Shown: positions 18,414 through 31,860, numbered from the stretch's first letter. The stretch is 64,000 nucleotides of DNA from Candidatus Omnitrophota bacterium (GCA_043732705.1 JAYTHE010000029.1:70445-134444), one strand, 5' to 3'. Numbers and translations: made by a program. Notes: generated from the letters alone by a model not told the origin.

Positions 18414-20495
18414 TTAGACTGTAATAATTTTTTCTGCGACGTTGCGCGGAACTTCTTTATAACCCTGAGGCTCCATAGTGTAAGTTGCACGGCCCTGAGA
18501 AAGAGAACGGGACGCCATCGCATAACCAAACATTTCGCTCAAAGGAACATGTCCAATGATTGATTTCAAAATTCCGCGGTTTCCCATTTCCTGAATAACG
18601 CAACGGCGGGACTGCAAGTCACCGACAATGTCGCCCATATATTCATCCGGAACCACAACTTCAACTTTCATGATCGGCTCAAGCAAAATCGGGCTGGCTC
18701 TTCTGAAAGCTTCTTTGAAAGCAAAAATGCCGGCCATTTTAAACGCAATTTCTGAAGAGTCAACATCGTGATAGCTGCCATCGGTTACGGTGGCTTTAAC
18801 GTCAGTCACAGGAAAACCCGCCAAAACGCCGCCGCTGCAAGCGTCACGAACACCATCTTCAATTGCGGGAATAAATTCACGGGGAATGCGTCCACCGACA
18901 ACTTTATTAACAAACTCAATGCCTTTTCCGGATTCCAAGGGTTCAACTTCAAGGTAGCAATGGCCGTATTGCCCGCGTCCACCGGACTGCTTGATAAACT
19001 TACCTTCTGCCTCGGCTTTATTTGTAATCGTTTCCTTGTAAGCAACCTGCGGCTTACCGACATTTACTTCAACCGCGTATTCACGCTTCATGACATCAAC
19101 TTTAATATCAAGGTGCAATTCGCCCATGCCGCCGATAAGTGTTTGACCTGTTTCCATATCGCTACGTACGCGAAAAGTAGGATCTTCAGAAACAAGACGA
19201 CCCATAACATCCGACATACGGTCACGGTCAGCTTTAGTTTTCGGTTCAATGGAAAGCCAAACTACAGGTTCCGGGATAAACAAACTTTCAAGAATGATGG
19301 GGTGATCTTCGTCACAAATCGAATCGCCGGTTTTGGCTTCTTTGATACCGACAGCAGCAACAATATTACCTGCGCCAGCTTCTTCAATTTCTTCACGCTT
19401 GTTGGCATGCATCAAAACCAAACGGCCAAGGCGTTCTGTTTTGCGGGTACGCGGATTATAAATATAAGAACCGCTTTTAAGGGTTCCGGAATAAATGCGG
19501 ATATAAGTTAAAGAACCCACAAACTTATCACTTGCGATTTTAAACGCAAAACATGCGAGCGGTTCATTGTCACCGACTTTACGAATAATCGGCTTACCTT
19601 CATCGTTCGGATCTTTGCCTTCAAGCGGCGGAACGTCACAAGGCGCGGGCAAATAATTTACAACCGCATCAAGCAATTGCTGAACACCCTTGTTCTTAAG
19701 CGCTGAACCACAAATAACGGGCTGAACTTTAATATCAATTGTGGCTCTGCGAATTGCGCGGCGGATTTCTTCGATGTTGGGTTCTTTACCTTCGATAAAC
19801 TTATTCATTAATCCGTCATCATGCTCGGAAAACTTTTCGATCATGAATTCGCGCGCTTTTTTTGCGGCAGCTTGATATTCTGCGGGAATTTCTTGGACTG
19901 TATATTTTTCGCCTTTATCCGCGGTATCAAAAATATTGGCTTTCATTTCGACTAAATCAATTAAGCCAACAAAGTTTTCTTCAGCGCCCATCGGGATTTG
20001 AATCGGAACCGCATTTGCACCGAGCTGGTCGCGCATTTGTTGAACGTTTGGTTCAAAGGTCGCGCCGGTGCGGTCCATCTTATTAATGAAAGCGATACGG
20101 GGAACGCGGTAACGATCAGCCTGGCGCCAAACAGTTTCAGATTGCGGCTCAACGCCCTCAACCGCACCAAACACCGCAACACAGCCATCAAGAACGCGCA
20201 TGGAACGTTCAACTTCAATTGTGAAATCTACGTGGCCGGGAGTATCAATAATATTGAGACGGCAATCATTCCAAAAGCAAGTCGTCGCGGCAGATGTAAT
20301 CGTAATTCCGCGTTCCTGCTCTTGAACCATCCAGTCCATGACGGCTGTACCTTCATGAACTTCACCAATTTTATAGGTGCGGCCGGTGTAATAAAGAATA
20401 CGCTCAGTTGTTGTCGTTTTACCGGCATCGATATGCGCCGCAATTCCAAAGTTGCGGATTTTTTCCAGCGGATAATGTTTTTTGTCGTCTGCCAT
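18414..20495 (-). CDS. fusA: elongation factor G
   Basis: 693 aa; [13 protein letters not shown]1, DTPGHVDF G3, NKMD G4. Confidence 0.97.
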   Translation of the reverse strand: MADDKKHYPLEKIRNFGIAAHIDAGKTTTTERILYYTGRTYKIGEVHEGTAVMDWMVQEQERGITITSAATTCFWNDCRLNIIDTPGHVDFTIEVERSMRVLDGCVAVFGAVEGVEPQSETVWRQADRYRVPRIAFINKMDRTGATFEPNVQQMRDQLGANAVPIQIPMGAEENFVGLIDLVEMKANIFDTADKGEKYTVQEIPAEYQAAAKKAREFMIEKFSEHDDGLMNKFIEGKEPNIEEIRRAIRRATIDIKVQPVICGSALKNKGVQQLLDAVVNYLPAPCDVPPLEGKDPNDEGKPIIRKVGDNEPLACFAFKIASDKFVGSLTYIRIYSGTLKSGSYIYNPRTRKTERLGRLVLMHANKREEIEEAGAGNIVAAVGIKEAKTGDSICDEDHPIILESLFIPEPVVWLSIEPKTKADRDRMSDVMGRLVSEDPTFRVRSDMETGQTLIGGMGELHLDIKVDVMKREYAVEVNVGKPQVAYKETITNKAEAEGKFIKQSGGRGQYGHCYLEVEPLESGKGIEFVNKVVGGRIPREFIPAIEDGVRDACSGGVLAGFPVTDVKATVTDGSYHDVDSSEIAFKMAGIFAFKEAFRRASPILLEPIMKVEVVVPDEYMGDIVGDLQSRRCVIQEMGNRGILKSIIGHVPLSEMFGYAMASRSLSQGRATYTMEPQGYKEVPRNVAEKIITV

Positions 20496-20525
20496 AATCT
20501 TCTATAACTATTTTTTTATTCTTTT

Positions 20526-20562
20526 AAAAATAAACGTTCGGTAAGTTTTAACTTACCGAACC
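20526..20562 (-). terminator. hairpin + U-tract between rpsG and fusA (attenuator-like)
   Basis: GTTCGGTAAGTTAAAACTTACCGAAC followed by GUUUAUUUUU on minus transcript. Confidence 0.45.
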
Positions 20563-20579
20563 AATATAACTGTCTCGTA

Positions 20580-21047
20580 TCACCAGCGGTAATGTGCAAA
20601 AGCGCGATTCGATTCCGCCATCTTATGCATATCTTCGCGTTTCTTAACCGAAGATCCCGTTTTCTGATAACTATCGATAATTTCCTGCGCAAGCTTTTGG
20701 CTCATCGGCTTGCCTTTACGCGAAGACGCGTAATCCTGCATCCATCGTAAGGCCAGTGCAATGCTGCGCGCTTCTTCCACATTTACAGGAACCTGATAAG
20801 TTGCTCCGCCAACGCGCCGCGACTTAGTTTCCAAAAATGGTCGGACATTCTCTACTGCCTGACGGAAAACTTCAAGAGGATTTTTGCCTGTTTTTTCTTT
20901 AACGATATCGAGGGCTTCGTATACAATTGCTTCAGCGGTTGGCTTTTTGCCGCATTTCATGACCATGTTGATCATTTTTGCAATGATAAGATCACTATAG
21001 CGCGGATCCGGATCGATTAATCTTTTAGCTGCTGTTCTTCTTCTCAT
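20580..21047 (-). CDS. rpsG: 30S ribosomal protein S7
   Basis: 155 aa, [17 protein letters not shown]. Confidence 0.95.
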   Translation of the reverse strand: MRRRTAAKRLIDPDPRYSDLIIAKMINMVMKCGKKPTAEAIVYEALDIVKEKTGKNPLEVFRQAVENVRPFLETKSRRVGGATYQVPVNVEEARSIALALRWMQDYASSRKGKPMSQKLAQEIIDSYQKTGSSVKKREDMHKMAESNRAFAHYRW

Positions 21048-21061
21048 GGTTTCCTATCCCC

Positions 21062-21472
21062 TTACTTCGCGGCCGGCTTAGCGGCAGCTTTAGCGTCTTT
21101 TTTGGGGGTTTTTGCCCCATACTTAGAACGTGAAACAGTACGCTTATCAACACCGGATGTATCCAGTTTGCCGCGTACAATATGGTAACGAACGCCCGGC
21201 AAATCCTTCACTTTGCCGCCGCGCACAAGAACAATTGAATGCTCCTGTAAGTTATGGCCTTCACCCGGGATATATGCCGTAATCTCATGCCCGTTGGTCA
21301 AACGGATACGGGCGATTTTGCGCAATGCAGAGTTCGGTTTCTTAGGAGTCTGTGTTCTAACAAGCAGACAAACACCTTTACGAAACGGTGCTTTTTGCAG
21401 CGCCGGTGATTTCGTTTTTACATTAACCGGTTTTCTACCTTTGCGAACAAGCTGATTAATCGTGGGTGCCAT
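21062..21472 (-). CDS. rpsL: 30S ribosomal protein S12 (short Lys/Ala C-terminal extension)
   Basis: [14 protein letters not shown]...; internal Met preferred over ORF-track start. Confidence 0.9.
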   Translation of the reverse strand: MAPTINQLVRKGRKPVNVKTKSPALQKAPFRKGVCLLVRTQTPKKPNSALRKIARIRLTNGHEITAYIPGEGHNLQEHSIVLVRGGKVKDLPGVRYHIVRGKLDTSGVDKRTVSRSKYGAKTPKKDAKAAAKPAAK

Positions 21473-21497
21473 GAACTCTAAATTCTCCTTAGTACTA

Positions 21498-21571
21498 TTT
21501 GCGGTTGCGCCAAAGCGCAGAGCCAAAAGTTATCGTGCGGTTGTGCCAAAGGCACAGAGCCAAAAATATTA
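21498..21571. repeat. PE x2 tandem (rpoC-rpsL spacer)
   Basis: tgcggttgcgccaaagcgcagagccaaaag ; tgcggttgtgccaaaggcacagagccaaaaatatta. Confidence 0.85.
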
Positions 21572-24500
21572 TTGTTTCTCTTGAGCTGTCGCAACGCCTT
21601 CACTCGGCTCTGCTTCTTTGCGCGCAAGGCCGGGCAAAACGCCCGAAATATCTTTTTCGATTCTAAACTGTTGATGAATCTTGAAACCAGTTCCCGCCGG
21701 AATCAAATGTCCCATGATGACATTTTCTTTGAGTCCGCGCAGATAGTCGCGCTTGCCCGCAGCCGCAGCTTCGGTCAATACACGAGTAGTTTCCTGGAAA
21801 CTCGCCGCCGAAATAAAACTTTCCGTTGTGAGCGAGGCCTTGGTAATACCAAGGAGGATCGGAGTCGCCTTCGCGGGCTCTTTACCTTTCTTCACCATTT
21901 TTTCGTTTTCTTCTTTGAAGAGCTGCTTCTCAACATGAGAACCAACAAGGAAATCTGTGTCTCCGGAATCTTCAACGCGGACTTTGCGAAGCATCTGACG
22001 CACGATAATTTCAACGTGCTTATCGTTCAGCTTCACGCCCTGTAAACGGTAAACTTCCTGAACTTCGCGCACGAGATAATCCATCAGCGCACGCTCTCCG
22101 GATACTTTCAAAATATCCTGCGGAACAACCGGTCCGTCCACGAGCTGTTCGCCTGCTTGAACGCGATCGCCGGTATAAACGTTCAAATGTTTTCCGTGAG
22201 GAATGAGATACTCACAAACCATTCCCGCGGGACTCTTCACAATAATTTTGCGTTTACCTTTAACTACATCGCCGATTTCAACGATACCGTCGATTTCAGA
22301 AATAACAGAGGGGTTCTTCGGCTTGCGGGCTTCAAAAAGCTCGGCAACACGCGGCAAACCACCGGTGATATCGCGGGTTTTTGCAATCTTACGCGGTGTC
22401 TTCGCGATCATCATACCGCTTGTCAACTGCTGGCCGTCTTGGGCAACAATATGAGCGCCGGTAGGAATCGGATAAAACGCAAGCACGGCATCATTTGGAC
22501 CTACAATCAAAAGCTGCGGATGCAGATCTTCTTTGTGGTCAATAATGACTCGCTCAATCAAGCCAGTTGTAGCATCCATTTCTTCATTCATACTGACGCC
22601 GGCTTTAATATCTTCGTAGCGTACTTTTCCGGCAACTTCAGTCAAAATCGGAACCGTGTATGGATCCCACTTAACAAATGTTTCGCCTTTTTCAACTTTG
22701 CCGCCGTCTTTCGGAGCAATGATCGCACCGGTCGGAATAGTATATTTTTCCAACTCGCGGCCTGTTGCGTCATGAACGGTAATCTGTCCGTTACGATTTA
22801 ACACAACGACTTCTTTACCTTCAGTCACAACCGTTTTCAAGTTGTGAAATTTCACGACACCCGAATTACGTGCGCGAAAATAAGACTGCTCGATAACACG
22901 TGAAGCCGTACCACCGATGTGAAAGGTACGCATCGTCAACTGTGTTCCAGGTTCACCGATCGACTGCGCGGCGATAATGCCAGTTGCGGTTCCTAGCTCA
23001 ACCATGCGGCGGTTACCCAAGTCGCGACCGTAGCAATAAGCACAAATGCCTTTGACGGATTCACAGAAAAGCGGAGAACGAATGCGAATCTTTTCAATTC
23101 CGAATTCTGTTATTTTCTTAACTACATCTTCATCAATTAATTGACCTGTCTTTACAATTACCTTGTCTGTAATAACATCAACAACATTATCCAGCGCCAC
23201 GCGGCCAAGAATACGATCGCCCAACGAAACGATTTCTTCTTCACCTTCATAAACCGGCTCCATCACAATACCTTGCAAAGTGCCGCAATCAATTTCACTG
23301 ATGATCACGTCTTGCGCAACGTCAACGAGGCGGCGGGTCAAGTAACCGGAATCCGCTGTTTTAAGCGCGGTATCGGCCAAACCTTTACGCGCACCGTGAG
23401 TGGAAATAAAGTATTCCAAAACGGTCAACCCTTCACGGAAATTAGCCGTAATCGGACTCTCAATAATTTCACCTGATGGTTTTGCCATCAAACCACGCAT
23501 ACCGGCCAGCTGACGAATCTGCTGCTTTGAACCGCGGGCGCCGGAATCGGCCATCATGAAAATCGGATTAAAAGATTCAAGCTCTTCAAACATGGTGTCG
23601 GAAACACGATCCGTGATGTGCGTCCAAATATCGATAACCTTGTTATAGCGTTCACCTTCGGTAATAACACCCTGGCGATACTGACTCTCGATTGACTTCA
23701 CTTGCTTGTGACCTTCATCCAAAAACTTAATTTTGGACAATGGAATTTTTGCATCGTTAATGCCAATTGAAATTCCGGCAGCGGTCGCGTGCTGGAATCC
23801 AAGCTTCTTCAGGCGGTCGAGAAGCTGAATAACTTCAAAGTGACCGAATTGGTTGTAGCACTCAGCAATAACTTTTCCGAGCTTCGCTTTAGTCATAACT
23901 TCATTTACAAAGCGGAAGCCTTTTGGAAATTCATTATTGAAAAGAATACGTCCAAGATGCGTTTCAACAATTTCACCTTTTTCGAGGCGGATTTTTACTT
24001 TGGCATGCTTGTGAACCTGTCCGTCAAGAAAAGCAAGCTCGGCTTCTTCATAGCTGCCAAAAGTCAAACCTTCACCCAATACGCCAGCGCGCGATTTGGT
24101 GAGATAGTAAAGACCCAATACGATATCCTGCGTCGGAGCCACAATCGGCTGACCGTTTGCGGGATTAAAAATATTATTTGCCGAAAGCATCAACACACGG
24201 CATTCCATGATCGCTTCCATTGAAAGCGGAACGTGAACGGCCATCTGGTCACCGTCGAAGTCGGCGTTGAAAGCCGTACAAACGAGAGGATGAATACGGA
24301 TCGCTTTGCCTTCAATCAATACCGGCTCAAAAGCCTGGATACCGAGACGATGCAATGTCGGAGCGCGGTTGAGCATAATCGGATGCTCTTGAATGACTTC
24401 ATCCAAAATATCCCAAACTTCGGGGCGTACGCGTTCAACAATTTTCTTCGCTGAACGGATTGTATGCACATGCCCGCGGTCTTTTAACTTACGAATAATG

Positions 24501-25615
24501 AAAGGCTCGAAAAGCTCAAGCGCCATCTTCTTCGGCAAACCACATTGGTGAATTTTAAGTTCAGGGCCGACGACAATAACCGAGCGACCTGAATAGTCGA
24601 CGCGTTTACCGAGCAAATTCTGACGGAAACGGCCTTGCTTACCTTTCAACATATCGCTCAAAGATTTGAGCGGACGGTTGCCTGCGCCCAAAACTGGGCG
24701 GCCATGACGACCATTGTCAAAAAGTGCATCGACAGCTTCTTGAAGCATGCGTTTTTCGTTACGGATAATAACGTCCGGAGCTTTAAGATCGAGAAGCTTC
24801 TTCAAACGGTTATTACGGTTGATAACACGGCGATAAAGATCGTTAAGATCGGAAGTCGCAAAACGGCCGCCGTCCAAAGCAACAAGCGGACGAAGATCGG
24901 GCGGGATTACCGGCACGACGTTCAAAATCATCCATTCGGGCTTATTACCGGATTTGCGGAAAGCTTCAACGATTTTGAGAATCTTTGTTCCACGCGCACG
25001 AGTTTGTTTCGACTTCGCTGTGCGAACTTGACGCTGATATTTAACAGCCATCTTATCAAGCTCAAGACCTGACAAAAGATCTTGAACAGCAGCAGCACCC
25101 ATTCCAGCTTTGAAACTTTCAGCGCCGTATTGCTCAACTGCTTTTTGATATTCTTCTTCCGTTAAAAGCTGATGCGGCTTTAAAGGAGTTTCCTTCGGAT
25201 CGATCACGATAAATTCTTCATAATAAAGAACTTTTTCGAGCGAACGCACGCTTAGGTCTAGCAAGTTACCGATGCGTGAAGGCATGGTCTTAAAAAACCA
25301 AATATGCGAAACCGGAGTTACAAGGTCAATATGGCCCATGCGCTCACGACGAACACGCGACAATGTGATTTCAACGCCACAACGGTCGCAAATCACACCC
25401 TTGTACTTGATACGCTTATATTTTCCACAAGCGCATTCATAGTCTTTGGTTGGTCCAAAAATTTTCTCACAGAAAAGCCCGTCTTTTTCAGGCTTTAATG
25501 TGCGGTAATTAATGGTTTCAGGTTTTCTAACTTCGCCATGAGACCATCCGCGGACGATCTCCGGAGAAGCAATCTGAATGCTTACTGAATCGAAGGTATT
25601 GATATCGTATGTCAT
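21569..25615 (-). CDS. rpoC: DNA-directed RNA polymerase beta' subunit
   Basis: 1348 aa; [12 protein letters not shown] catalytic motif, zinc-binding CxxC. Confidence 0.97.
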   Translation of the reverse strand: MTYDINTFDSVSIQIASPEIVRGWSHGEVRKPETINYRTLKPEKDGLFCEKIFGPTKDYECACGKYKRIKYKGVICDRCGVEITLSRVRRERMGHIDLVTPVSHIWFFKTMPSRIGNLLDLSVRSLEKVLYYEEFIVIDPKETPLKPHQLLTEEEYQKAVEQYGAESFKAGMGAAAVQDLLSGLELDKMAVKYQRQVRTAKSKQTRARGTKILKIVEAFRKSGNKPEWMILNVVPVIPPDLRPLVALDGGRFATSDLNDLYRRVINRNNRLKKLLDLKAPDVIIRNEKRMLQEAVDALFDNGRHGRPVLGAGNRPLKSLSDMLKGKQGRFRQNLLGKRVDYSGRSVIVVGPELKIHQCGLPKKMALELFEPFIIRKLKDRGHVHTIRSAKKIVERVRPEVWDILDEVIQEHPIMLNRAPTLHRLGIQAFEPVLIEGKAIRIHPLVCTAFNADFDGDQMAVHVPLSMEAIMECRVLMLSANNIFNPANGQPIVAPTQDIVLGLYYLTKSRAGVLGEGLTFGSYEEAELAFLDGQVHKHAKVKIRLEKGEIVETHLGRILFNNEFPKGFRFVNEVMTKAKLGKVIAECYNQFGHFEVIQLLDRLKKLGFQHATAAGISIGINDAKIPLSKIKFLDEGHKQVKSIESQYRQGVITEGERYNKVIDIWTHITDRVSDTMFEELESFNPIFMMADSGARGSKQQIRQLAGMRGLMAKPSGEIIESPITANFREGLTVLEYFISTHGARKGLADTALKTADSGYLTRRLVDVAQDVIISEIDCGTLQGIVMEPVYEGEEEIVSLGDRILGRVALDNVVDVITDKVIVKTGQLIDEDVVKKITEFGIEKIRIRSPLFCESVKGICAYCYGRDLGNRRMVELGTATGIIAAQSIGEPGTQLTMRTFHIGGTASRVIEQSYFRARNSGVVKFHNLKTVVTEGKEVVVLNRNGQITVHDATGRELEKYTIPTGAIIAPKDGGKVEKGETFVKWDPYTVPILTEVAGKVRYEDIKAGVSMNEEMDATTGLIERVIIDHKEDLHPQLLIVGPNDAVLAFYPIPTGAHIVAQDGQQLTSGMMIAKTPRKIAKTRDITGGLPRVAELFEARKPKNPSVISEIDGIVEIGDVVKGKRKIIVKSPAGMVCEYLIPHGKHLNVYTGDRVQAGEQLVDGPVVPQDILKVSGERALMDYLVREVQEVYRLQGVKLNDKHVEIIVRQMLRKVRVEDSGDTDFLVGSHVEKQLFKEENEKMVKKGKEPAKATPILLGITKASLTTESFISAASFQETTRVLTEAAAAGKRDYLRGLKENVIMGHLIPAGTGFKIHQQFRIEKDISGVLPGLARKEAEPSEGVATAQEKQ

Positions 25616-28600
25616 ACTTTTAACTTCTCCTTCGCGTCCTGTTTTTCTTTTTCAGCGGCAATAGTAGCTGCTTCAGCTTCCTGTGACAAAGCCAAACCTA
25701 GCTTAGCCTTCGCGCCGTTCTTTTCAGGAACAATGTCGAGTCCGAGTGCTTGCAATTCTTTTACAAGAACGTTGAATGATTCAGGTGTACCAGCATGAAG
25801 CGCCGGCTCACCCTTAACAATCGCTTCATAAACTTTAGTGCGTCCGACAACATCGTCCGACTTCACTGTCAAAAGTTCCTGCAAAGTGAAAGCCGCGCCA
25901 TAAGCTTCAAGCGCCCAAACTTCCATTTCACCGAAACGCTGACCACCAAACTGCGCTTTACCACCCAGCGGCTGCTGAGTTACAAGCGAGTAAGGCCCGA
26001 TCGAACGAGCGTGAATCTTGTCATCCGCCAAATGCGCCAGCTTGAGCATATAAATTTGCCCAACAGTCACTTTTTCATCAAACTTCTGTCCTGTGCGGCC
26101 ATCAAAAAGATCGGTCTTACCTTCTTCAGGTAATTTCGCTTCTTTAAGCAAAGCTTTAATTTCAGCTTCAGTCGCACCGGAGAAAACCGGTGTTTCAATT
26201 TTAATTCCAAGAACTTTTGCAGCCCAACCCATATGCGTTTCGAGCAGCTGCCCAACGTTCATACGTGAAGGAACACCAAGCGGGTTCAAAACAATTTCAA
26301 CCGGCGATCCATCCGGAAGATACGGCATGTCTTCTTCGGGAAGAATTTTTGCGATAACACCCTTGTTACCGTGGCGTCCGGCCATTTTGTCACCCACAGA
26401 GATTTTTCTCTTCGAGCAAACATAAACAACCACTTTTTTAATAACGCCTGGAGGAAGCTCGTCGCCTTTTTTCACATGTTCGATTTCGCGTGTACGCTCA
26501 ATGACAAGCTCATCGATTTCGTCACTCCAAACACGTGCTAATTTTTTGACGGACTCCTCAGCTTCTTCGTCAGTCAAACGCAATGTATCCCAATCAGCCG
26601 TGTCGAATCTCTTCAGGTCGCCCTTACTAAGCGTGTGGCCTGACTTGATCAAAACTTCGCCGAGAACATCGTCTAAAAGATCATCCGCAAGCTTAGTACC
26701 GACCAAAAGCTCGGTTACTTTGCTGAGGCGAATATCTTTCAGAGAATCAATGCGTTGCTGATAGCGGTCTTTGATTTCCGCGATATTAGTCGCCTCTTCT
26801 TTTTTCTCTTCTTTTGTTTTCGCCTGAGATTCTTTGCGCGCGAACATTTTCACGTCCACAACGATTCCTTCCACACCGGGAGGAACAGTCAAAGATGCGT
26901 CACGAACGTCGCCGGCTTTTTCACCGAAGATTGCGCGTAAAAGTTTTTCTTCAGGGGAAAGTTCGATTTCTGACTTCGGAGTAATTTTACCGACAAGAAT
27001 ATCGCCAGGCTTCACTTCCGCACCAACACGAACCACACCTTCCAAATCAAGGTCTTTCAATGCTTCTTCGCCGACATTCGGAATGTCGCGCGTGATTTCT
27101 TCATTACCAAGCTTGGTATCACGAGCTTCGACTTCAAACTCTTCGATGTGAAGCGAAGTATAAACGTCTTCTTTTGAAAGACGTTCGCTCAAAATGATAG
27201 CGTCTTCAAAGTTGTATCCGCCCCACGGCATGAAAGCCACCATCACATTGCGGCCGAGCGCGAGCTCTCCACCCTGAGTTGCGGCACCGTCAGCGAGAGG
27301 ATCGCCTTTTTTAACTTTGTCGCCTTTTTTAACAAGCGGGCGCTGATTCAAACATGTTCCGGCATTGGAACGTTCAAACTTGTTCAGCTTATAGTTGATG
27401 TCATCTACGATGATTTCATCAGCAGAAACATACTTAACGGTTCCCTTTTGTTTAGAAATAACAACCGCACCTGAGTCGCGCGCGACATATTTTTCCATAC
27501 CGGTTCCGACAAGCGGAGAATCAGTAATTAAAAGAGGAACGGCCTGACGTTGCATGTTCGAACCCATGAGAGCGCGGTTAGCGTCGTCATGTTCAAGGAA
27601 CGGAATCAAAGATGCAGCAACAGAAACGAGCTGACGCGGAGAAACGTCCATGTAATCAATTTCCTCAGGCTTCTTTTTCAAGAAGTCACCACGGCAGCGG
27701 CAAGAAACAACGTCATTGACGAACTTGCCGGACTTTTCAATTTCCTCATTCGCCTGAGCGATAACATAACGATCTTCAACATCCGCTGTTAAATAATCAA
27801 TTTTTTCTGTTACTTTTCCATTCACCACTTTGCGGTACGGAGTTTCCAAAAAGCCGACTTCATTCACACGTGCAAAAGTTGAAAGCGACGCGATAAGACC
27901 GATATTCGGTCCTTCCGGCGTTTCAATCGGACAAACACGTCCATAATGCGAAGGATGCACGTCGCGAACTTCAAAGCCCGCGCGCTCACGTGAAAGACCG
28001 CCTGGCCCGAGAGCCGACAAACGGCGCTTATGCGTTAATTCCGCAAGAGGATTAGTTTGATCCATGAATTGAGAAAGCTGACTGCGGCCAAAGAAATCCT
28101 TGATCGCGGCAGAAATCAATTTTGGATTGATCAAATTGTGAGGCATCGCCGCATCAAGATCATAAATCGACATACGCTCAACACATGAACGCTTCATGCG
28201 CGCGAGACCGACGCGGAATTGATTTTGAAGCAGCTCACCTACGGAACGCACGCGGCGGTTTCCAAGATGGTCAATATCATCCACTTTGATTTCGCCCGAA
28301 CGAAGGCGGAGAAGCTGGCCCAAAACTTTGACCACGTCTTCGTAACCAAGCGTCGTCTTATCAGATTTACCTTCCATTCCAAGCTTACGATTAAGCATGA
28401 AACGTCCGACATTGCCGAGGTCATAACGCTGTTGGTCGAAAAACAACTTGTGAATCAAATCTTTAGCGGTTGATTCTGTTGGTGGATCACCGGGACGTAC
28501 ACGGCGATAAATCGCAAGCTGCGCATCGGCGCTTGTCTGATACGGATCGCGTTCAAGCGTATTCATGATGCAAAGATCATCGTTCGGCAACTTTGCAATC

Positions 28601-29409
28601 GTGAAAGACTTCACTTTACTTGCCGCAAAAACTTCGAGAATGTCTTTGGTCAAACGTGAACCGGCGAGCGCGATTGTTTCCTGATTTTCAGGATTAATAA
28701 CGTTGTCGGCAATAAAAGAACCTTCGAGCTTCGCAAACTTGGAACGGTCGAAACCTTTTACGTCTTCGATTTGATAAAAGCTTTCCAAGAGGGCGCGTGT
28801 TGAAGGACAGCCCAAAGCGCGGAGAAGCGTTGTCGCAAGAATCTTGCGCTTACGGTCAATGAAGGCATACATGACACCATTGATATCTGTTTCAAATTCA
28901 AGCCATGCACCACGATACGGAATAATGCGCACGCCATAGATTTTTTTACCGCTCGGATGAACAGACTCTTCCAAAGAAAGACCAGGAGAACGGTGCAGCT
29001 GACTGACGACAACGCGTTCAGCGCCGTTGATCACGAAAGTTCCGGTTTCAGTCATAAGCGGAAGCTCGCCGATATAAACTTCCTGCTCTTTTGAAACGCC
29101 TTTACGCACAAGACGCAGTTTGACCTTCAAAGGGGCAGCATAGGTCATTCCGCGGCGGTGACATTCTAAAATAGAATATTTGGGCTTACCGAGAACATAG
29201 CCGCTGTACTCGAGACGGCAAGTTCCGTCGAAACTTTCAATCGGAAAGCAATCCGCGAAAGCAGACTCTAACCCTTGGCGCTTGCGCTTGCGGGCAGAAC
29301 CCATCGACTGCAAAAACTCTTCGTATGAGTGAATTTGGATTTCAACCAAATTCGGCAGTTCAACCGTATCTAAAATTTTAGTGAAAACTTTTCTTTCAGT
29401 TAAAGGCAC
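25612..29409 (-). CDS. rpoB: DNA-directed RNA polymerase beta subunit
   Basis: 1265 aa; rifampicin-cluster and catalytic motifs; 4-nt overlap with rpoC. Confidence 0.97.
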   Translation of the reverse strand: MPLTERKVFTKILDTVELPNLVEIQIHSYEEFLQSMGSARKRKRQGLESAFADCFPIESFDGTCRLEYSGYVLGKPKYSILECHRRGMTYAAPLKVKLRLVRKGVSKEQEVYIGELPLMTETGTFVINGAERVVVSQLHRSPGLSLEESVHPSGKKIYGVRIIPYRGAWLEFETDINGVMYAFIDRKRKILATTLLRALGCPSTRALLESFYQIEDVKGFDRSKFAKLEGSFIADNVINPENQETIALAGSRLTKDILEVFAASKVKSFTIAKLPNDDLCIMNTLERDPYQTSADAQLAIYRRVRPGDPPTESTAKDLIHKLFFDQQRYDLGNVGRFMLNRKLGMEGKSDKTTLGYEDVVKVLGQLLRLRSGEIKVDDIDHLGNRRVRSVGELLQNQFRVGLARMKRSCVERMSIYDLDAAMPHNLINPKLISAAIKDFFGRSQLSQFMDQTNPLAELTHKRRLSALGPGGLSRERAGFEVRDVHPSHYGRVCPIETPEGPNIGLIASLSTFARVNEVGFLETPYRKVVNGKVTEKIDYLTADVEDRYVIAQANEEIEKSGKFVNDVVSCRCRGDFLKKKPEEIDYMDVSPRQLVSVAASLIPFLEHDDANRALMGSNMQRQAVPLLITDSPLVGTGMEKYVARDSGAVVISKQKGTVKYVSADEIIVDDINYKLNKFERSNAGTCLNQRPLVKKGDKVKKGDPLADGAATQGGELALGRNVMVAFMPWGGYNFEDAIILSERLSKEDVYTSLHIEEFEVEARDTKLGNEEITRDIPNVGEEALKDLDLEGVVRVGAEVKPGDILVGKITPKSEIELSPEEKLLRAIFGEKAGDVRDASLTVPPGVEGIVVDVKMFARKESQAKTKEEKKEEATNIAEIKDRYQQRIDSLKDIRLSKVTELLVGTKLADDLLDDVLGEVLIKSGHTLSKGDLKRFDTADWDTLRLTDEEAEESVKKLARVWSDEIDELVIERTREIEHVKKGDELPPGVIKKVVVYVCSKRKISVGDKMAGRHGNKGVIAKILPEEDMPYLPDGSPVEIVLNPLGVPSRMNVGQLLETHMGWAAKVLGIKIETPVFSGATEAEIKALLKEAKLPEEGKTDLFDGRTGQKFDEKVTVGQIYMLKLAHLADDKIHARSIGPYSLVTQQPLGGKAQFGGQRFGEMEVWALEAYGAAFTLQELLTVKSDDVVGRTKVYEAIVKGEPALHAGTPESFNVLVKELQALGLDIVPEKNGAKAKLGLALSQEAEAATIAAEKEKQDAKEKLKV

Positions 29410-29435
29410 AGTAGGCCCTCCCTGGAATGATCTCT

Positions 29436-29465
29436 GGAAAAATCAGGGGCTCGCACGAGCCCCTG
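29436..29465 (-). terminator. rplL-rpoB attenuator/partial terminator
   Basis: CAGGGGCTCGTGCGAGCCCCTG + AUUUUUCC on minus transcript; same position as the known rplL-rpoB attenuator in enterobacteria. Confidence 0.55.
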
Positions 29466-29487
29466 CTTAATACTGAACCGAAAGCGA

Positions 29488-29898
29488 TTACTTGATTTCG
29501 ACTTTAGCGCCGGCAGCTTCGAGCTGCTTCTTGATCTTTTCAGCTTCGTCTTTGGTCGCGCCTTCTTTAACAACCTTAGGAGCAGCTTCAACAAGGTCCT
29601 TAGCTTCTTTCAAGCCAAGGCTGGTTACAGCGCGAATTTCCTTAATAACATTGATTTTTTGTTCGCCAGCGCTGACAAGAACAACATTAAATGCTGTCTT
29701 TTCTTCAGCTGCGGCTGCACCGGCACCACCGCCAACTGCGGCAACTGCTGCTGGAGCTGCGGAAGCTGCGCTTACGCCAAACTTTTCTTCGAGAGCTTTA
29801 ACCAATGTGGCCAACTCAAGAACTGTAAGACCTTCAATAGTTGTTAATACGGATTGCAGTTTTTCGGATACTGCTGTTTTTTCTGCTGTTGCTGTCAT
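29488..29898 (-). CDS. rplL: 50S ribosomal protein L7/L12
   Basis: Ala-rich hinge, [11 protein letters not shown]... Confidence 0.95.
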   Translation of the reverse strand: MTATAEKTAVSEKLQSVLTTIEGLTVLELATLVKALEEKFGVSAASAAPAAVAAVGGGAGAAAAEEKTAFNVVLVSAGEQKINVIKEIRAVTSLGLKEAKDLVEAAPKVVKEGATKDEAEKIKKQLEAAGAKVEIK

Positions 29899-29940
29899 TT
29901 GATTCGAGCCTCCTTGATGATGATTTCAAAAACGTTTTAC

Positions 29941-30063
29941 TTTTTGCTCTGCGTTATGCGCAACCGCGGTTGGGCTTTTGCCCAGAGCCTAAACTTTACA
30001 GTGCGCCCATTTTTTTGCTCTGCTTTAAACGCCGGTTGCGGCGATGTCGCAGAGGCAAAAATA
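29941..30063. repeat. PE x3 (rplJ-rplL spacer)
   Basis: tttttgctctgcgttatgcgcaaccgc ; cgcggttgggcttttgcccagagcc ; gccggttgcggcgatgtcgcagaggcaaaaatatta. Confidence 0.8.
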
Positions 30064-30600
30064 TTAATTCGAAGCCGGCGCCGCTTCCTTTTTCGTGCGG
30101 ATCTGATCCAGCGCGACAACAAGGCCGCGCATGGTATTCGCTAACACACAAACAAACCCGGTGATCGGAGAATTCATTCTCACAACCATCTGAGTTAAAA
30201 GCTCATGACGCGAAGGCAGCTTCGAAAGCTGCTGAACAAATTCAGCACCTTCTAATTTACCCTCGAAAAGAACACCTACGCATTTGATCTGCGGAGAAAC
30301 TTTTGTACCTTCAACCACATACTTGGAAATGTCTTGCGGCTCTTTATCACCAAAAGTCAAAATTACGGAGCCGGTTAAAAGCGATTCAACATTCGCTGTA
30401 ACGCCTCGGCCTTTTAAAATTTTGCGCGCCATCGCATGCTTCACAAGCATCGAACGGTTCGCTGCTTTATTCATCTTTGCACGGGCCCTGGAAAGATCCG
30501 AAACACTTACTTTTTCAAAGTTTGAAAAGAAAACGTAAGAACTCTTCGCGAATTCCTTTTCGATTTCCTGATACATCATTTCTTTATCAATCGACGGCAT
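30064..30600 (-). CDS. rplJ: 50S ribosomal protein L10
   Basis: 178 aa between rplA and rplL. Confidence 0.9.
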   Translation of the reverse strand: MPSIDKEMMYQEIEKEFAKSSYVFFSNFEKVSVSDLSRARAKMNKAANRSMLVKHAMARKILKGRGVTANVESLLTGSVILTFGDKEPQDISKYVVEGTKVSPQIKCVGVLFEGKLEGAEFVQQLSKLPSRHELLTQMVVRMNSPITGFVCVLANTMRGLVVALDQIRTKKEAAPASN

Positions 30601-30629
30601 ATTTTCCTCTATCTAACTTTGTTTGCTTT

Positions 30630-30667
30630 TCGCGGTTGCGCCTTCTGCGCAGAGCAAAAAAATGTTT
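30630..30667. repeat. PE (rplA-rplJ spacer / L10 leader position)
   Basis: tcgcggttgcgccttctgcgcagagcaaaaaaatg. Confidence 0.8.
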
Positions 30668-31354
30668 TTACAGACTGCTTAAGTTAAGTGTTAATCCCGG
30701 GCCCTGTGTCGGAGCAACAGTAATACTCTTTACGTATTCACCTTTGCTTGCTGCAGGCTTTGCATCACGCACTGCTTTAACAACGCTCTTGGCATTCTCA
30801 AGAATATTTTGCTCGGTGAATGAAATCTTGCCGCAAATTGCATGCAATCCGCCGGTCTTATCACTCTTAAATTCAACGCGCCCTGCTTTCAACTCTTTAA
30901 CCGCAGTCGCAACCTGAGGGGTCACACCGCCTGTTTTAGGCGTTGGCATTAGACCCTTAGGCCCAAGTACGCGGCCTAGTTTGGAAACTTCACGCATCAT
31001 GTCGGGATGTGCCACAACTGCGTCAAACTCAAACCAACCTGCCAAAACTTTAGCGACCAATTCTTCACCGCCGATATAATCAGCGCCAGCTGCTTTAGCT
31101 GCGTTGACTGCCTCACCTTTGCAAAAGCAAAGAACACGAACGCTTTTGCCACTGCCATGAGGAAGCGAAACCGTACCACGAACGTTTTCATCACCAGAAT
31201 CTGCTTTGATTCCGAGCTGAAAGTTCAACGTAATGGTTTCATCATATTTATTGTCGCTTACTTGCTTGATAACCTTCACAGCATCAGCGAGTGAATAAAC
31301 TTTTCCCGTTTCTACGAGAGCTGATCTTTTTACCTGACGTTTACTTTGCTTCAT
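30668..31354 (-). CDS. rplA: 50S ribosomal protein L1
   Basis: MKQSKRQVKRS... internal start preferred. Confidence 0.9.
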   Translation of the reverse strand: MKQSKRQVKRSALVETGKVYSLADAVKVIKQVSDNKYDETITLNFQLGIKADSGDENVRGTVSLPHGSGKSVRVLCFCKGEAVNAAKAAGADYIGGEELVAKVLAGWFEFDAVVAHPDMMREVSKLGRVLGPKGLMPTPKTGGVTPQVATAVKELKAGRVEFKSDKTGGLHAICGKISFTEQNILENAKSVVKAVRDAKPAASKGEYVKSITVAPTQGPGLTLNLSSL

Positions 31355-31363
31355 ACTGTTTCC

Positions 31364-31393
31364 TTTTAACTCTGCGCTTTCGCGCAACCGTTA
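31364..31393. repeat. PE, inverted orientation (rplK-rplA spacer)
   Basis: ttttaactctgcgctttcgcgcaaccgtta. Confidence 0.75.
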
Positions 31394-31819
31394 ACCTTCA
31401 ATAACTTCGATACCCATGCTCCGCGCTGTACCTTCGACTACTCTCATGGCACTTTCGAGCTTGGTCGCATTCATATCCACCATTTTCTTTTTGGCGATTT
31501 CAGCAACCTGGGATTTCTTAATTTGACCAATTTTTACTTTGCCAGCTTCACCGGATGCTTTTGCCAAACCAACCGCTTTTTTAATTGAAGCGGAAACCGG
31601 CGGCTGCTTAAGAATAAAATCAAAAGACTTATCTTTGTAAACCGTCATCACAACAGGGAAAACAGTTCCCATGTCTTTTTTTGTGCGTTCGTTGAACTGC
31701 TTACAGAACTCCATGATGTTAACACCATGTTGACCGAGCGCAGGACCTACCGGAGGAGCAGGATTCGCTTGTCCGCCCGGAAGCTGTAATTTGATATATG
31801 TTTTAATTTCTTTTGCCAT
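31391..31819 (-). CDS. rplK: 50S ribosomal protein L11
   Basis: [32 protein letters not shown]. Confidence 0.95.
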   Translation of the reverse strand: MAKEIKTYIKLQLPGGQANPAPPVGPALGQHGVNIMEFCKQFNERTKKDMGTVFPVVMTVYKDKSFDFILKQPPVSASIKKAVGLAKASGEAGKVKIGQIKKSQVAEIAKKKMVDMNATKLESAMRVVEGTARSMGIEVIEG

Positions 31820-31826
31820 CTGTGTC

Positions 31827-31860
31827 TTTTTCGCTCTGAGCGTTTAAACGCTCAACCGCG
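31827..31860. repeat. PE, inverted orientation (nusG-rplK spacer)
   Basis: tttttcgctctgagcgtttaaacgctcaaccgcg. Confidence 0.8.

Noticed and set aside
18768-19511. Plus-strand 247-aa ORF
   Set aside because: Antisense to fusA; Phe/Asn-rich composition typical of antisense of GC3-biased gene.
21572-25498. Numerous plus-strand ORFs of 60-214 aa inside rpoC/rpoB
   Set aside because: All antisense to highly conserved RNAP genes; no start context; composition artefacts.
29492-29902. Plus-strand 136-aa Ala/Ser-rich ORF
   Set aside because: Mirror-image antisense of rplL (Ala-rich on both strands); no independent support.
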